A DNA stretch of 64,000 bases from an uncultured Desulfatitalea sp. (GTDB taxonomy: Bacteria > Desulfobacterota > Desulfobacteria > Desulfobacterales > Desulfosarcinaceae), in NCBI GenBank assembly GCA_963668675.2, contig CAXXMB010000002.1:768001-832000 (forward strand). Direction: 5' to 3'. The position numbers were made by a program, and so were the translations under genes. Below are positions 48,479 to 58,963 of this stretch, one piece after another (the first letter of the stretch is position 1; each line of letters begins with the position of its first letter). Under the pieces are notes generated by a model, which ran no database searches, was not told the origin of the DNA, and saw only the letters and a list, made by a program, of their open reading frames with translations.

Positions 48479-49381
48479 TCACGTCAGCAATCGAGTGGCG
48501 TATACCTGCCATGTATCCGGCCGATCAAGGTCTCTTGCGGCTTTTTGGGCCGCGACTTCATCTCTGAACAAGCCAAAGACCGTCGAACCGCTACCTGTCA
48601 TCATTGAACCGATAGCACCCTGATCTTGCAGCTTCTTTTTAATTTCTGCGATGACCGGAAAGCGGCGAATCACCCCTGCTTCCAAATCGTTGTGCAAGTG
48701 ATGGTTTGCACTGAATTTTCCGTTTTTAAAAGGCAAGTACCTAAGTTTTTTTTTCGATTTTGTCAATCCAAATCTGAGGTTTTTAAAGACCTCGGCGGTC
48801 GAGATACCAAAGTTCGGATAGACCAGAACGGCTCCGAACGGCTGCAATCCGTGGTATGGCGCCAGTCGTTCGCCTATGCCCGATGCCACCGCCGGACGCT
48901 GATCAATGAAAAAGGGCACATCGGCGCCCAGGCGTACCGCAATGGATAGCAGGCGTTCTCGATCGAAAGGGCAGCCATGGAACCGATTGAGGCCCGAGAT
49001 CACCGCAGCGGCGTCGCTGCTGCCCCCGCCGAGGCCGCCGCCGACCGGAATGTGTTTGGCCAACTGTATGGAGACATTCTTTGGACAACGGTTGGTATCG
49101 CTGTCGAGTGTCTGATTGAAAAGCGACACTGCCTGCAGCGCAATATTGGTTTCGTCGGCGGGCACCCCGGGATGTTCGCATCGGATTTGATTTTGGGAAA
49201 CACCGATGCGCAACTCCAGTCGATCATGGAGGGCCACACAGCACATCAGCGACAGCAATTCATGATAGCCGTCCGCCCGCTGGCCGACAATGTGCAGACA
49301 GAGGTTGAGCTTGGCAGGCGCTCGCAACGCCAGGGAGTGTATTGATTCGCTGGTCGGTTGATGCACTGTGCCAGTACACAT
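48479..49381 (-). CDS. ispE: 4-diphosphocytidyl-2-C-methyl-D-erythritol kinase
   Basis: APAKLNL, KHIPVGGGLGGGSSDAA, GADVPFF, MTGSGS; start codon uncertain. Confidence 0.95.
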   Translation of the reverse strand: MCTGTVHQPTSESIHSLALRAPAKLNLCLHIVGQRADGYHELLSLMCCVALHDRLELRIGVSQNQIRCEHPGVPADETNIALQAVSLFNQTLDSDTNRCPKNVSIQLAKHIPVGGGLGGGSSDAAAVISGLNRFHGCPFDRERLLSIAVRLGADVPFFIDQRPAVASGIGERLAPYHGLQPFGAVLVYPNFGISTAEVFKNLRFGLTKSKKKLRYLPFKNGKFSANHHLHNDLEAGVIRRFPVIAEIKKKLQDQGAIGSMMTGSGSTVFGLFRDEVAAQKAARDLDRPDTWQVYATRLLT

Positions 49382-49464
49382 AGAAGCCACCCCCGGTGTT
49401 TCCGCCAAACACCCTCTCGGCAAGTTACCGTATCAACGAATCAAGGAACGGGCCGAGACCGTCT

Positions 49465-49773
49465 TTAACCCTTCTCTTTCACGTAAAGCATCCGCAGCTC
49501 ATAAAGTATATTTTTGAGTATATTGTCTTCATCACTGGTGAGATTGCCTTTGGTTTTTTCCTCCAGCATGGCCAACAGGTCGATGGTTTGCTTGGCCAGA
49601 GGAAGGTTTTTAACCTTCTGGCCGGAAGCAGGATCTTCGATAAGGCCCAATTGAACCAAGGTAGAGGAGTTCAGTGACAGAATAAATGTGGAAAAATCGA
49701 TTATGGGCAAAGCATAGTCTTTTGCCTGGGCATCAGACTGCACCTCTCCCCCTTCTTTGCGGTCATCGGCCAT
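49465..49773 (-). CDS. DUF1844-like protein
   Basis: IDFSTFILSL..LAKQTIDLLAMLEEKTKGNLT..LYELRMLYV. Confidence 0.85.
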   Translation of the reverse strand: MADDRKEGGEVQSDAQAKDYALPIIDFSTFILSLNSSTLVQLGLIEDPASGQKVKNLPLAKQTIDLLAMLEEKTKGNLTSDEDNILKNILYELRMLYVKEKG

Positions 49774-49907
49774 ACCCCCTCCTTCCCCTTTTGATCGTTT
49801 CGGAATCGGGCCAGGCGAACGCATGCCAATTCGTCCGCCTGGCCCCTGGAGAACGGGCCTTTCTATTGCTGGCCCGTCACAGCGTTGGTAACGCTGAACA
49901 TCAACGT

Positions 49908-51488
49908 CTAAAATTCCAAGGGTGTAACGTTTTTAACGGTCTTGAGGCTGCGCAACTCCTCGACCACCTCGGTGGGAATAGGCGTGTCCGTACATAGAAA
50001 GATAATATTGCGGTCGCCCCCCTCCTCCTGGCCGACCTGCATGCGGGCAATGTTGATATTGTGTTTGCCCAGACAGGTACCAATTTCGCCTATAGATCCA
50101 GGGATATCTTTATTGTAAATCAAGGCCATGTGTCCCAGCGGAATCATCTCCAGGCGGAACGTGTTGATGCGCACCACCCGGGTATCCTCCTTGCCGAAAA
50201 TGGTGCCGGAGACCACATTTTCTCCTTCCGTGGTCACCAATCTGGCAGTGATCAGATAGGTATACTCCTCGTGGGCCGCAACAGTGGTCTCGGTCACCTT
50301 GATGCCTCGCTGGTTAGCCAGGACATGGGCATTGACGGAATTGACCATCTCCTTGACCATGGGGGCAAGGAGCCCTTTGAGCAGGGCCGTTGTGACCGGT
50401 GACAGATCGATGCCCTTGAAATCGCCGTAATATTCGATGACCACCTCTTTCGGGGCACCGTTGATCAACTGGGCTTGCAGAGCGCCAAGTTGCTCGGCCA
50501 GCTTCAGATAGGGTCCGACCTTCTCCAGCACCTCACCGGTGACCGAGGGCACGTTGACCGCATTGACGATGGTACCGCTGTTCAAATAGTCGATGATCTG
50601 CTGGGCGACCATGACGGCCACATTGGTCTGGGCCTCCTTCGTGGAAGCGCCCAGGTGAGGGGTGCAGATAACCCGATCCAATTCCAAGAGGGGGCTCTCC
50701 CCGGGAGGTTCGGTCTCAAACACATCCAGCGCAGCTCCGGCAACTTTGCCGGCGACAATGGCCTCATAGAGGTCTGCCTCGTGGACAATTCCGCCGCGTG
50801 CGCAATTGATGATCATGACGCCGCTCTTCATCTTTTCGAAAGCATCTTTGTTGAGCAGGTTGGCGGTTGTTTTCATTTTGGGGACATGTACGGTGATGTA
50901 ATCGGATTGTTTGTACAGCTCCTCCAGGCTGACGGCTTCGAACCCGTCATTCTCAATTTTTTCCGGGGGCACAAAGGGGTCGAAAACAACCACCCGCATC
51001 CTCAAGCCACGTGCCCTGTCAGCAACGATAGCTCCAATTTTACCATAACCGATCAAGCCAAGCGTCTTTTTGTACAGCTCCCGACCGGCCAGGTTCTTTT
51101 TCTCCCAACGGTTATCCTTAAGGGAGGCTGTACCGGCCGGAATGTTGCGCGTCAGGGACATCATCATGGCAATGGCGTGCTCGGCGGTGGTGATCACATT
51201 GCCGGTCGGGGTGTTCATGACGACCACTCCACGGCTGGTCGCGGCCGGGATATCCACATTGTCCAGACCGATGCCGGCGCGGCCCACCACTTTCAGATTG
51301 ACGGCAGCATCGAGCACATCCTCGGTGACTTTCGTAGCGCTGCGAATGACCAGCGCATCATATTGGCCGATAATCGCTTTTAACTCTTCCGGAGAGAGGC
51401 CGGTGTTGACGTCTACCTCGATCCCTTCCGCCGCTTGAAACATTTCAATCCCAATTTCACCCAAATTGTCGCTTACAAGTACTTTCAT
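49908..51488 (-). CDS. serA: D-3-phosphoglycerate dehydrogenase (long form with ASB and ACT domains)
   Basis: GRAGIGLDNVD, GYGKIG, NCARGG, TPHLGAST, C-terminal ACT domain. Confidence 0.96.
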   Translation of the reverse strand: MKVLVSDNLGEIGIEMFQAAEGIEVDVNTGLSPEELKAIIGQYDALVIRSATKVTEDVLDAAVNLKVVGRAGIGLDNVDIPAATSRGVVVMNTPTGNVITTAEHAIAMMMSLTRNIPAGTASLKDNRWEKKNLAGRELYKKTLGLIGYGKIGAIVADRARGLRMRVVVFDPFVPPEKIENDGFEAVSLEELYKQSDYITVHVPKMKTTANLLNKDAFEKMKSGVMIINCARGGIVHEADLYEAIVAGKVAGAALDVFETEPPGESPLLELDRVICTPHLGASTKEAQTNVAVMVAQQIIDYLNSGTIVNAVNVPSVTGEVLEKVGPYLKLAEQLGALQAQLINGAPKEVVIEYYGDFKGIDLSPVTTALLKGLLAPMVKEMVNSVNAHVLANQRGIKVTETTVAAHEEYTYLITARLVTTEGENVVSGTIFGKEDTRVVRINTFRLEMIPLGHMALIYNKDIPGSIGEIGTCLGKHNINIARMQVGQEEGGDRNIIFLCTDTPIPTEVVEELRSLKTVKNVTPLEF

Positions 51489-51920
51489 TTTCATTCCCCT
51501 CATCCATTATATTTTGGCATCCTGCACTCAGTGGTTGGCGCCCAGGTCAACGGTCGTGCCATCCCTACTTCCAAAGAGCCGATGTTGGTGTGACACCCTC
51601 CATCCATGCAGTTGGGTTCTACACAATTGGATAAAATGTCACATCAGCTCCCGGGTTTACCAGAACCTATTCGAGGGTCTGCTACCTTCGCCCGATATGG
51701 TCAGATGATTGCTGCGCCATCGGTCTGGAAGCTCGCTGATATTGCTTGAAAACAAATTGGGACATATTAGGCAAAAACGAAACCACATTCAAGACCAAAT
51801 GTGACGATTCCCGGTGCAACCAACCTTGCCCGACCTGTCTGTGTGGCTTGATTATTACCGGGTAGTTTGTTAACCAGCCATCCAAACCGGCTAAAAAGGC
51901 CCAATACAGAGGATGACACC

Positions 51921-53495
51921 ATGCTGATAACTGAAATTCTGGCACGCAATGCCCGTATGTATGCAAATGAGACGGCTCTGATCGAACGCGACCCGGCCAA
52001 TAACAAACGCAGCAGCATCACTTGGCAGACGTTCGATGCCCAGGCCAACCAATGGGCACGGTCGTTGATCGCCGACAAGATTGCACCAGGGGATCGTGTC
52101 GTCCATTTAATGACCAACTGCATCGAATGGCTGCCGATCTATTTCGGTATCCTGCGCAGCGGCGCCATTGCCGTGCCGCTCAATTTTCGGTTCGTCGCCG
52201 CCACCATCGAACGCTGCGTTACGCTGGCCGAAGCCAAAATAGTCATCTTCGGACCCGAATTCATCGAGCGTATTAACGACATCAAACAGCGCCTGGACCG
52301 ATGTGTACGCAGCTATGTCTTCGTCGGACCCAAAGCGCATTGCCCGGAGTATGCCATCGGCCATGAGGAGTTCATCGATGCACAGTCAGGCCAATTCGCA
52401 GAGGTGCCCATAGAGATCACCGACAAGGCGGCGCTCTATTTTACCTCCGGCACTACCGGCACCCCGAAAGGCGCCCTGCTGACCCATCGCAACCTGGAGT
52501 CGGCCTGCATCATTGAAAACCACCATCACCACCAGACCCATGCGGACAACTTCCTCTGCCTGCCGCCGCTTTACCATACCGGGGCAAAAATGCACTGGTT
52601 CGGCAACTTCATCGTCGGTGCCCGATCGGTCATCTTGAAAGGCATCGAACCACGCTGGATTCTGGAGGCCATCTCAGAAGAACAGGTGACCGTTGTCTGG
52701 CTCCTGGTGCCATGGGCCATGGACATCCTCTTCGCCATCGAAAGCGGCGACCTGAAGTTGCGCGACTACGCTATCGACCAGTGGCGGCTCATGCACATCG
52801 GCGCCCAGCCCGTGCCGCCCAGCCTGATCAAGGAGTGGCACAAGATCTTTCCCAATCATCAATACGACACCAACTACGGACTTACCGAAGCAACCGGACC
52901 GGGCTGCGTTCACCTGGGAGTTGAGAACATGCACAAAGTGGGCGCCATCGGCCTGCCCGGCTTCGATTGGGAGTTTCGCATCGTGGACGACCACTTTAAA
53001 CCGGTGGGGCCGGATGAACCGGGGGAGCTGATCGTCAAAGGACCGGGTGTAATGACCGAATACTACCGCAATCCCGAAGCGACCGAAGAGACGATCAAAT
53101 CAGGCTGGCTGCTGACCGGGGACATCGCCCGGTTGGATGAGGATGGCTTCATCTGGCTCGTTGATCGCAAGAAAGATGTGATCATCACCGGCGGTGAAAA
53201 TGTCTTCCCCGTAGAGATTGAGGACTTCCTCCAGGCCCACCCCAAAATCCAGGACGTGGCCGTGATCGGCCTGCCCAGCATGCGGCTGGGAGAGATCGCA
53301 ACCGCCATCGTCAAAGTCAAACCGGGCCAGGAGCTGACCAAAGAGGAGCTCCGCGTCTTCTGCGAGAAACTGCCGCGCTACAAACGCCCACGAAAAATCA
53401 TCTTTGACGACGTGCCCAGAAATCCCACCGGCAAAATCGAAAAACCCAAGCTGCGCGAAAAATTCGGCGGCGCCAAGGAGAGCTTTCAGATATAG
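51921..53495 (+). CDS. Acyl-CoA synthetase (AMP-binding)
   Basis: FTSGTTGTPKG, YGLTE, TGD, DRKKD, PRNPTGK. Confidence 0.93.
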   Translation: MLITEILARNARMYANETALIERDPANNKRSSITWQTFDAQANQWARSLIADKIAPGDRVVHLMTNCIEWLPIYFGILRSGAIAVPLNFRFVAATIERCVTLAEAKIVIFGPEFIERINDIKQRLDRCVRSYVFVGPKAHCPEYAIGHEEFIDAQSGQFAEVPIEITDKAALYFTSGTTGTPKGALLTHRNLESACIIENHHHHQTHADNFLCLPPLYHTGAKMHWFGNFIVGARSVILKGIEPRWILEAISEEQVTVVWLLVPWAMDILFAIESGDLKLRDYAIDQWRLMHIGAQPVPPSLIKEWHKIFPNHQYDTNYGLTEATGPGCVHLGVENMHKVGAIGLPGFDWEFRIVDDHFKPVGPDEPGELIVKGPGVMTEYYRNPEATEETIKSGWLLTGDIARLDEDGFIWLVDRKKDVIITGGENVFPVEIEDFLQAHPKIQDVAVIGLPSMRLGEIATAIVKVKPGQELTKEELRVFCEKLPRYKRPRKIIFDDVPRNPTGKIEKPKLREKFGGAKESFQI

Positions 53496-53801
53496 CCATG
53501 CCGGTCTAACACCCCCCGGTTTCAGAAGAAGGCGCCCAATCGCCGGCCCGTTCTACACTCGTTCAGCCTCCTCAGCAGACGGCTGCGCTTAAACTGACAA
53601 TTAAGGCTTGTCGTTTCGCGATCGTCGGCCTAATATAGATTTTGTCACAAGGCAAAAATGCCGGTCCACGACAAACTCGCACCATAACCCTCTATGAACA
53701 GATTAAAAACGGGAAGGCGCAGTTACCCTGCATTCGCCGTTCTGTTTTGATTTGGCAAAGCTGCAATGCATGGACATAACCCAAACGTCAGAGGAGGGAA
53801 A

Positions 53802-55526
53802 ATGACTGCAATGGCAAAAGCGCTTTGGAGGCGCGCACCGATTATCGTACTGGTCGCCATGGTTTCGGTTGGCCTGGGATTTGGCAACAGTCTGGCATCT
53901 CATCATAAACATAAACGGCAATTTCCAACCGTGGTGCAGACCAAATATGGCAAGGTGAAGGGCTACCACAATACAGATCAGACCGTCGCCTGGACAGGCA
54001 TTCCTTTTGCCAAGCCGCCTGTGGGCGACCTGCGTTGGAAAGCGCCCCGGAATCCTGAGCGATGGCGCGGGGTGCTGGATGCGACCCAGCCATGTGTCCC
54101 CTGCACCCAGTTGCTCACCACAGAGAAATGGATAAGAACGGGTGAAGCCGAGGGCAGCGAAGACTGCCTCTACCTGAGCATCTACCGCCCCAGTCATAAC
54201 AAGCGTTTTTTGCCCGTCTATGTTTACATCCATGGCGGGTCGAACAATTTCGGCACGGCCAATGACTACGACGGATCCAACATCGCCGCCAAAGGCGACA
54301 TGGTGGTCGTCGTGGTCCAATACCGGCTGGGGCCACTGGGCTGGTTTACCCATCCGGCCCTGCGGGAAGGTCGTTCGTCTCTGGATGACTCCGGCAATTT
54401 CGGAACGCTGGACAACATCAAGGCCCTCCAGTGGATTCGGAAAAACATCAGGGCGTTTGGCGGGAACCCACACAATGTGACCATTACCGGCGAGTCGGCC
54501 GGTGCCCACAATGTGATGAACCTGGTCATCTCCCCATTGGCCAAGGGTCTTTTTCACCGGGCCATGTCTGAAAGCGGGGGCATGACCACCGATACGGTTG
54601 CGGAAGGTGAGGAACAGGCCGAAGATCACATTGATGCGCTTCTATCCACCTGCATAGAGAACGACGAAGCAATCGAAGAGTGCTTAAGAAATATTCCCGC
54701 AGGCGAACTGTTTGAAGCTTACTTCGCTATGTTTGGAACGCTGCCGACCTACGACGCCTATCAAGATGGGGTTGTCATTCCGGGCAGCGTGGTTTCCACG
54801 ATCCGCTCCGGCAAATACAACAAGGTCCCCATCATCCTGGGCGCCAATCAATATGAAACCAAGTCGTTCATGCCCCTATACGGCCCTTCATTATATCTCC
54901 CATGGTTTGATTTGATCGGAGTGCTGGACGATAATGGCAAAACGGTGGACGATGTGCTGCCCACGGATTTTGACAAAGAGCTGTATGAAATCAGCGGCTA
55001 CTATGGCAGCCGAAATTGGAGGGGTAAGTTCGTGGACGAACGGGCACGGGCATTGAAAGAGCAACAAAACAGGGTCTATGCCTACCAGTTCAATTGGGGC
55101 GGCCCGGGCTCGGGGCCTTCACCATTTGATTTCATTTACGGAGCGGGTCACGCCATGGAGATCGCCTTTTTCTTTGGTGGTGACGAAAGCCTCTGGGGGT
55201 ATGGCTACAATCCGGACAACGACACCCCCGGTCGGGTGGCGCTGTCGGATGCCATGATGAGATACCTGGCAAACTTTGCCAAAAGAGGAAACCCCAATGG
55301 AGCCGGACTGCCTGTATGGCGAAAATGGTCCAATCGGGACGGCGGGCCGAAAGTCATTCTTTTCGATTCGGACTACGACGAGGCCCTGTTGGATATGAGC
55401 ACGGAGGAGGTGTCCATTTTAGAAGAGCAGTCGAAATTGGCTGCTGAAATCGGCACATGGGATTCGATTGCGCAAGAGACTTACGGATGGGTACCGTGGG
55501 CGTTTCAGTGGTCAACTCCAGAATAA
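53802..55526 (+). CDS. Exported type-B carboxylesterase
   Basis: Signal peptide; GIPFAKPPVGDLRW, SEDCLYL, HGG, GESAG, H in GAGHAMEI. Confidence 0.93.
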   Translation: MTAMAKALWRRAPIIVLVAMVSVGLGFGNSLASHHKHKRQFPTVVQTKYGKVKGYHNTDQTVAWTGIPFAKPPVGDLRWKAPRNPERWRGVLDATQPCVPCTQLLTTEKWIRTGEAEGSEDCLYLSIYRPSHNKRFLPVYVYIHGGSNNFGTANDYDGSNIAAKGDMVVVVVQYRLGPLGWFTHPALREGRSSLDDSGNFGTLDNIKALQWIRKNIRAFGGNPHNVTITGESAGAHNVMNLVISPLAKGLFHRAMSESGGMTTDTVAEGEEQAEDHIDALLSTCIENDEAIEECLRNIPAGELFEAYFAMFGTLPTYDAYQDGVVIPGSVVSTIRSGKYNKVPIILGANQYETKSFMPLYGPSLYLPWFDLIGVLDDNGKTVDDVLPTDFDKELYEISGYYGSRNWRGKFVDERARALKEQQNRVYAYQFNWGGPGSGPSPFDFIYGAGHAMEIAFFFGGDESLWGYGYNPDNDTPGRVALSDAMMRYLANFAKRGNPNGAGLPVWRKWSNRDGGPKVILFDSDYDEALLDMSTEEVSILEEQSKLAAEIGTWDSIAQETYGWVPWAFQWSTPE

Positions 55527-55596
55527 ACTCATTTTAATAGAATCGCTCCTATAGCCACCCGCTAAGTAGCATTCAAAACATACTTTAGCTTAGGCC

Positions 55597-55645
55597 AAAA
55601 AAAATAACCCGCCACACGAATAACAATGTGGCGGGTTATTTATTT
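55597..55645. terminator. Bidirectional intrinsic terminator between the esterase and dnaK
   Basis: AAATAACCCGCCACA-N11-TGTGGCGGGTTATTT. Confidence 0.8.
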
Positions 55646-55663
55646 GGGTATCAAAAGTACAAT

Positions 55664-57598
55664 CTATTTCTTTTCGTCTTTCACTTCCTCAAAATCGGCA
55701 TCCACCACATCGTCGTCCTGAGTCTGGGAGCCGCCGCCCTCACCGGCCTGCTGGCCGGCCCCGGCGTCTCCCGCAGCCTGATCGTTCTGGGCCGACTGCT
55801 GTTTATAGATCGCCTCGGCCAACTTGTGGGAGGACTGGGTCAGCGATTCGCTAAGGCGTTTGATCTCCTCGGTATCCTCGCCTTCCATGGCCTTGCGAAG
55901 ATCGGTGATAGCGGCCTCCACCTTGGCTTTCGTATCGGCATCGACCTTCTCACCCAGGTCCTTGATCGACTTCTCCGAAGAGTAGATCAAGCTGTCGGCA
56001 TGGTTGCGGGCCTCCACCAGCTCTTTCTTCTTCTTGTCATCTTCGGAATGCAGCTCGGCGTCCTTGACCGCCTGGTCGATCTCCTCCTTGCTCATACCGC
56101 TGGAGGCGGTGATGCTGATCGACTGCTCCTTGTTGGTGGCCATATCCTTGGCCGACACCTTGACGATGCCGTTGGCATCGATGTCGAACGTCACTTCGAT
56201 CTGCGGGACCCCTCTCGGTGCCGGCGGTATCCCCACGAGCTCAAAGCGCCCCAGGGTTTTATTGTTGCCGGCCATTTCACGCTCTCCCTGAAGCACGTGG
56301 ATCGATACGGCCGGCTGGTTGTCGGCCGCCGTCGAAAAAGTCTGGCTCTTACGCGTGGGGATGGTGGTGTTCTTTTCAATCAGACGGGTCATGACCCCGC
56401 CAAGCGTTTCGATGCCCAAAGAGAGCGGCGTTACATCGAGCAGCAGCACATCCTTGACGTCGCCCTTGAGAACGCCGCCCTGAATGGCCGCACCCAGTGC
56501 CACCACTTCATCGGGATTAACGCTTCGGTTCGGCTCCTTGCCAAAAATCTTCTTCACACGCTCCTGCACAGCCGGCATACGCGTCATGCCGCCGACCAGA
56601 ATCACTTCGTTGATTTCAGAAGGCTTCAAACCGGATTCTTTCATGGCCGTAACACAGGGCCTCTCCAGATTATCGAGCAGGTCAGCAACCAGAGACTCGA
56701 GTTTTGCACGGCTGATCTTCATGTTGAGATGCTTGGGACCGCTGGCATCGGCCGTAACAAACGGCAGGTTCACATCCGTCTCCATGGAGGTCGACAGCTC
56801 CATTTTCGCCTTCTCGGCAGCCTCTTTCAGCCGTTGCAGCGCCATCTTGTCCTGGCGCAGATCGATGCCCTGCTCTTTTTTGAATTCGGTGGCCAGATAA
56901 TCGATCAGACGCAGATCGAAATCTTCGCCGCCCAGATGGGTATCACCGTTGGTGGCCTTCACCTCGAAGACGCCTTCGCCGATCTCCAGTACGGAAACAT
57001 CGAAGGTGCCACCCCCCAGATCGAACACGACGATCTTCTCTTCACGCCGCTTATCCAAGCCGTAAGCCAACGAAGCCGCCGTCGGCTCGTTGATAATGCG
57101 CATCACATTCAACCCGGCGATCTTGCCTGCGTCTTTGGTCGCCTGACGCTGGCTGTCGTTGAAGTACGCCGGTACGGTGATCACCGCATCGTTGACCGTT
57201 TCCCCCAAGTAGTCTTCCGCGTATTTTTTGATGTACGAAAGAATAAAAGAAGAGATTTCTGCGGGGCTGTAAAGCTTGCCGCGCAGTTCAATGCGTACGT
57301 CGCCATTTTCAGCCTTCTTGATCAGGTATGGCAGATTCGAAATGTCTTTTTGCACTTCTGCAGAGTCAAACTTGCGGCCGATAAGCCGTTTGACACCGAA
57401 AACCGTGTTTTCCGGATTGGTGATGGCCTGACGCTTGGCAATCTGTCCTACCAATCGCTCGCCGCCTTCCGAAATCGCCACGATGGAGGGTGTGGTCCGC
57501 CCACCATCCGGATTGGTAATTACCTTACTGTCGCTGCCCTCCATAATCGCCACACAAGAGTTGGTCGTTCCCAAATCAATTCCAATTATCTTGCCCAT
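55664..57598 (-). CDS. dnaK: Chaperone DnaK
   Basis: [32 protein letters not shown]. Confidence 0.99.
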   Translation of the reverse strand: MGKIIGIDLGTTNSCVAIMEGSDSKVITNPDGGRTTPSIVAISEGGERLVGQIAKRQAITNPENTVFGVKRLIGRKFDSAEVQKDISNLPYLIKKAENGDVRIELRGKLYSPAEISSFILSYIKKYAEDYLGETVNDAVITVPAYFNDSQRQATKDAGKIAGLNVMRIINEPTAASLAYGLDKRREEKIVVFDLGGGTFDVSVLEIGEGVFEVKATNGDTHLGGEDFDLRLIDYLATEFKKEQGIDLRQDKMALQRLKEAAEKAKMELSTSMETDVNLPFVTADASGPKHLNMKISRAKLESLVADLLDNLERPCVTAMKESGLKPSEINEVILVGGMTRMPAVQERVKKIFGKEPNRSVNPDEVVALGAAIQGGVLKGDVKDVLLLDVTPLSLGIETLGGVMTRLIEKNTTIPTRKSQTFSTAADNQPAVSIHVLQGEREMAGNNKTLGRFELVGIPPAPRGVPQIEVTFDIDANGIVKVSAKDMATNKEQSISITASSGMSKEEIDQAVKDAELHSEDDKKKKELVEARNHADSLIYSSEKSIKDLGEKVDADTKAKVEAAITDLRKAMEGEDTEEIKRLSESLTQSSHKLAEAIYKQQSAQNDQAAGDAGAGQQAGEGGGSQTQDDDVVDADFEEVKDEKK

Positions 57599-57652
57599 TT
57601 AATCTCCTCCTTGAATATTCCATGTATGGACATTCTATTTCGTATTCTGATT

Positions 57653-58291
57653 TTAATCTTCATTCTGCTTTACAGCGTTACCGGCTTTCGACACGGCGAC
57701 CAGTGCGGGTCTTAAAAGGCGATCATGAATCAGATAACCTTTTTGAAGCTCTTTCACGACGGTATTGGGAGGCTGGTCTTCAACCTCCTCCTGCATCATT
57801 GCCTGGTGGTAGCTGGGATCGAAAGGTTCACCCAAAGAGGTGACTGGTTTCACCTGGTGTCTCTTCAAAATCTTGATGGTTTCGTTCAGCGTCAAATGCA
57901 TGCCTTGAATCAGCGGATCACTCTCGTCGTAGCGACCGGAGGCCGAATCGATGGCACGCTCCAGATTGTCCACCACCGTCAGCAGCTCTTTGATCAGCTT
58001 CTCGTTGGCGTACTTGACAAGCTCCTGCATCTCACGGGCGGTTCTCTTCTTATAGTTATCAAAATCGGCGGACACACGAAGAAATTTGTCGTAGCTCTCA
58101 TTGGCCTTCTGCTCGGCCTGTTCCAATTGCTCAGCAAGCGGGGTATCTGCGAGAGCATCCTCGTGTGTTGATTCTGATTGGAGTGTCTCCTGCTCCCCTT
58201 CCGGATTTGCCGATTCCGGGTTAACCGAATCTTCTTTCACCTCTGCCTGTTCCACGTCGCTTTCGTCCTGGATGTGAATTCTTTTGGTCAT
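57653..58291 (-). CDS. grpE: Nucleotide exchange factor GrpE
   Basis: ADFDNYKKR, DNLERA, FDPSYHQA, QKGY..DRLLRPA. Confidence 0.97.
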   Translation of the reverse strand: MTKRIHIQDESDVEQAEVKEDSVNPESANPEGEQETLQSESTHEDALADTPLAEQLEQAEQKANESYDKFLRVSADFDNYKKRTAREMQELVKYANEKLIKELLTVVDNLERAIDSASGRYDESDPLIQGMHLTLNETIKILKRHQVKPVTSLGEPFDPSYHQAMMQEEVEDQPPNTVVKELQKGYLIHDRLLRPALVAVSKAGNAVKQNED

Positions 58292-58471
58292 GCCTCCCTA
58301 AACTCCTTGATCATCATTTACCGATCCACAAAAACACTCTATTCATTTGAAAATGTTTATAATTTTGTATGGCTGGAAAAAGTGATAAAAAAATAAGACG
58401 GCTTGTGGGGATGTCAAGGTACCGGAAGGTATCCTCGGGCAAATCGAAATGATAAATCCAACTAATAGTTT

Positions 58472-58718
58472 GGTTGTGCACCCTCCTTTGAATTCGCCAG
58501 CACGTGTCGTCTTGCAAAGTGACCGGGATCGAACCGCGACACAGACCGCATCACTTATCGCTGCTTCCTTCCGGACCTGACGAGGTTCGCGACCGTCTGT
58601 TGCGCGGCGACCGGCCTGCGAGCCAACACGCTTTGAACATAACCCTAGGGAGGGAATTCAGCCCCGCATAAGCGGATTTCGGGTCGAGGGCACCGCTAAC
58701 TCCCCGCCTAGCACAACC
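58472..58718 (-). ncRNA. ffs: Signal recognition particle RNA, large (Alu-containing) bacterial type
   Basis: Minus strand GTGCTAGGCGGGGAGTTAGCGGTGCCC Alu start; helix-8 TCAGGTCCGGAAGGAAGCAGC; ends pair GGTTGTGC/GCACAACC. Confidence 0.93.
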
Positions 58719-58963
58719 AGGGCGCAGAGTATAGATAGGAGACTCTGCTTTTTCAAGGATTAATCAACACCCAGGCAAAAAGAGAGGTGTAAATCCTACG
58801 GAAGAGCGGGGCTTATATTGACAATTGGCTGCAGCTACTTTAGAACCCAGGCCAGACGCAGAAACAAATTGGCGTGCGGATCCCGTCAAAATCTGTACAA
58901 CCGCCCGATAAAAAGACGCCAACCATATCGATGCACAGCATGCCCATGCCTCCTGATAAAAAA

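Noticed and set aside
51520..51620. ZTP (pfl), glycine or T-box riboswitch before serA
   Set aside because: Only short fragments match; the core consensus elements are missing.
55628..57715. 695-aa plus-strand ORF
   Set aside because: Antisense shadow of dnaK, a well-known artefact of codon bias.
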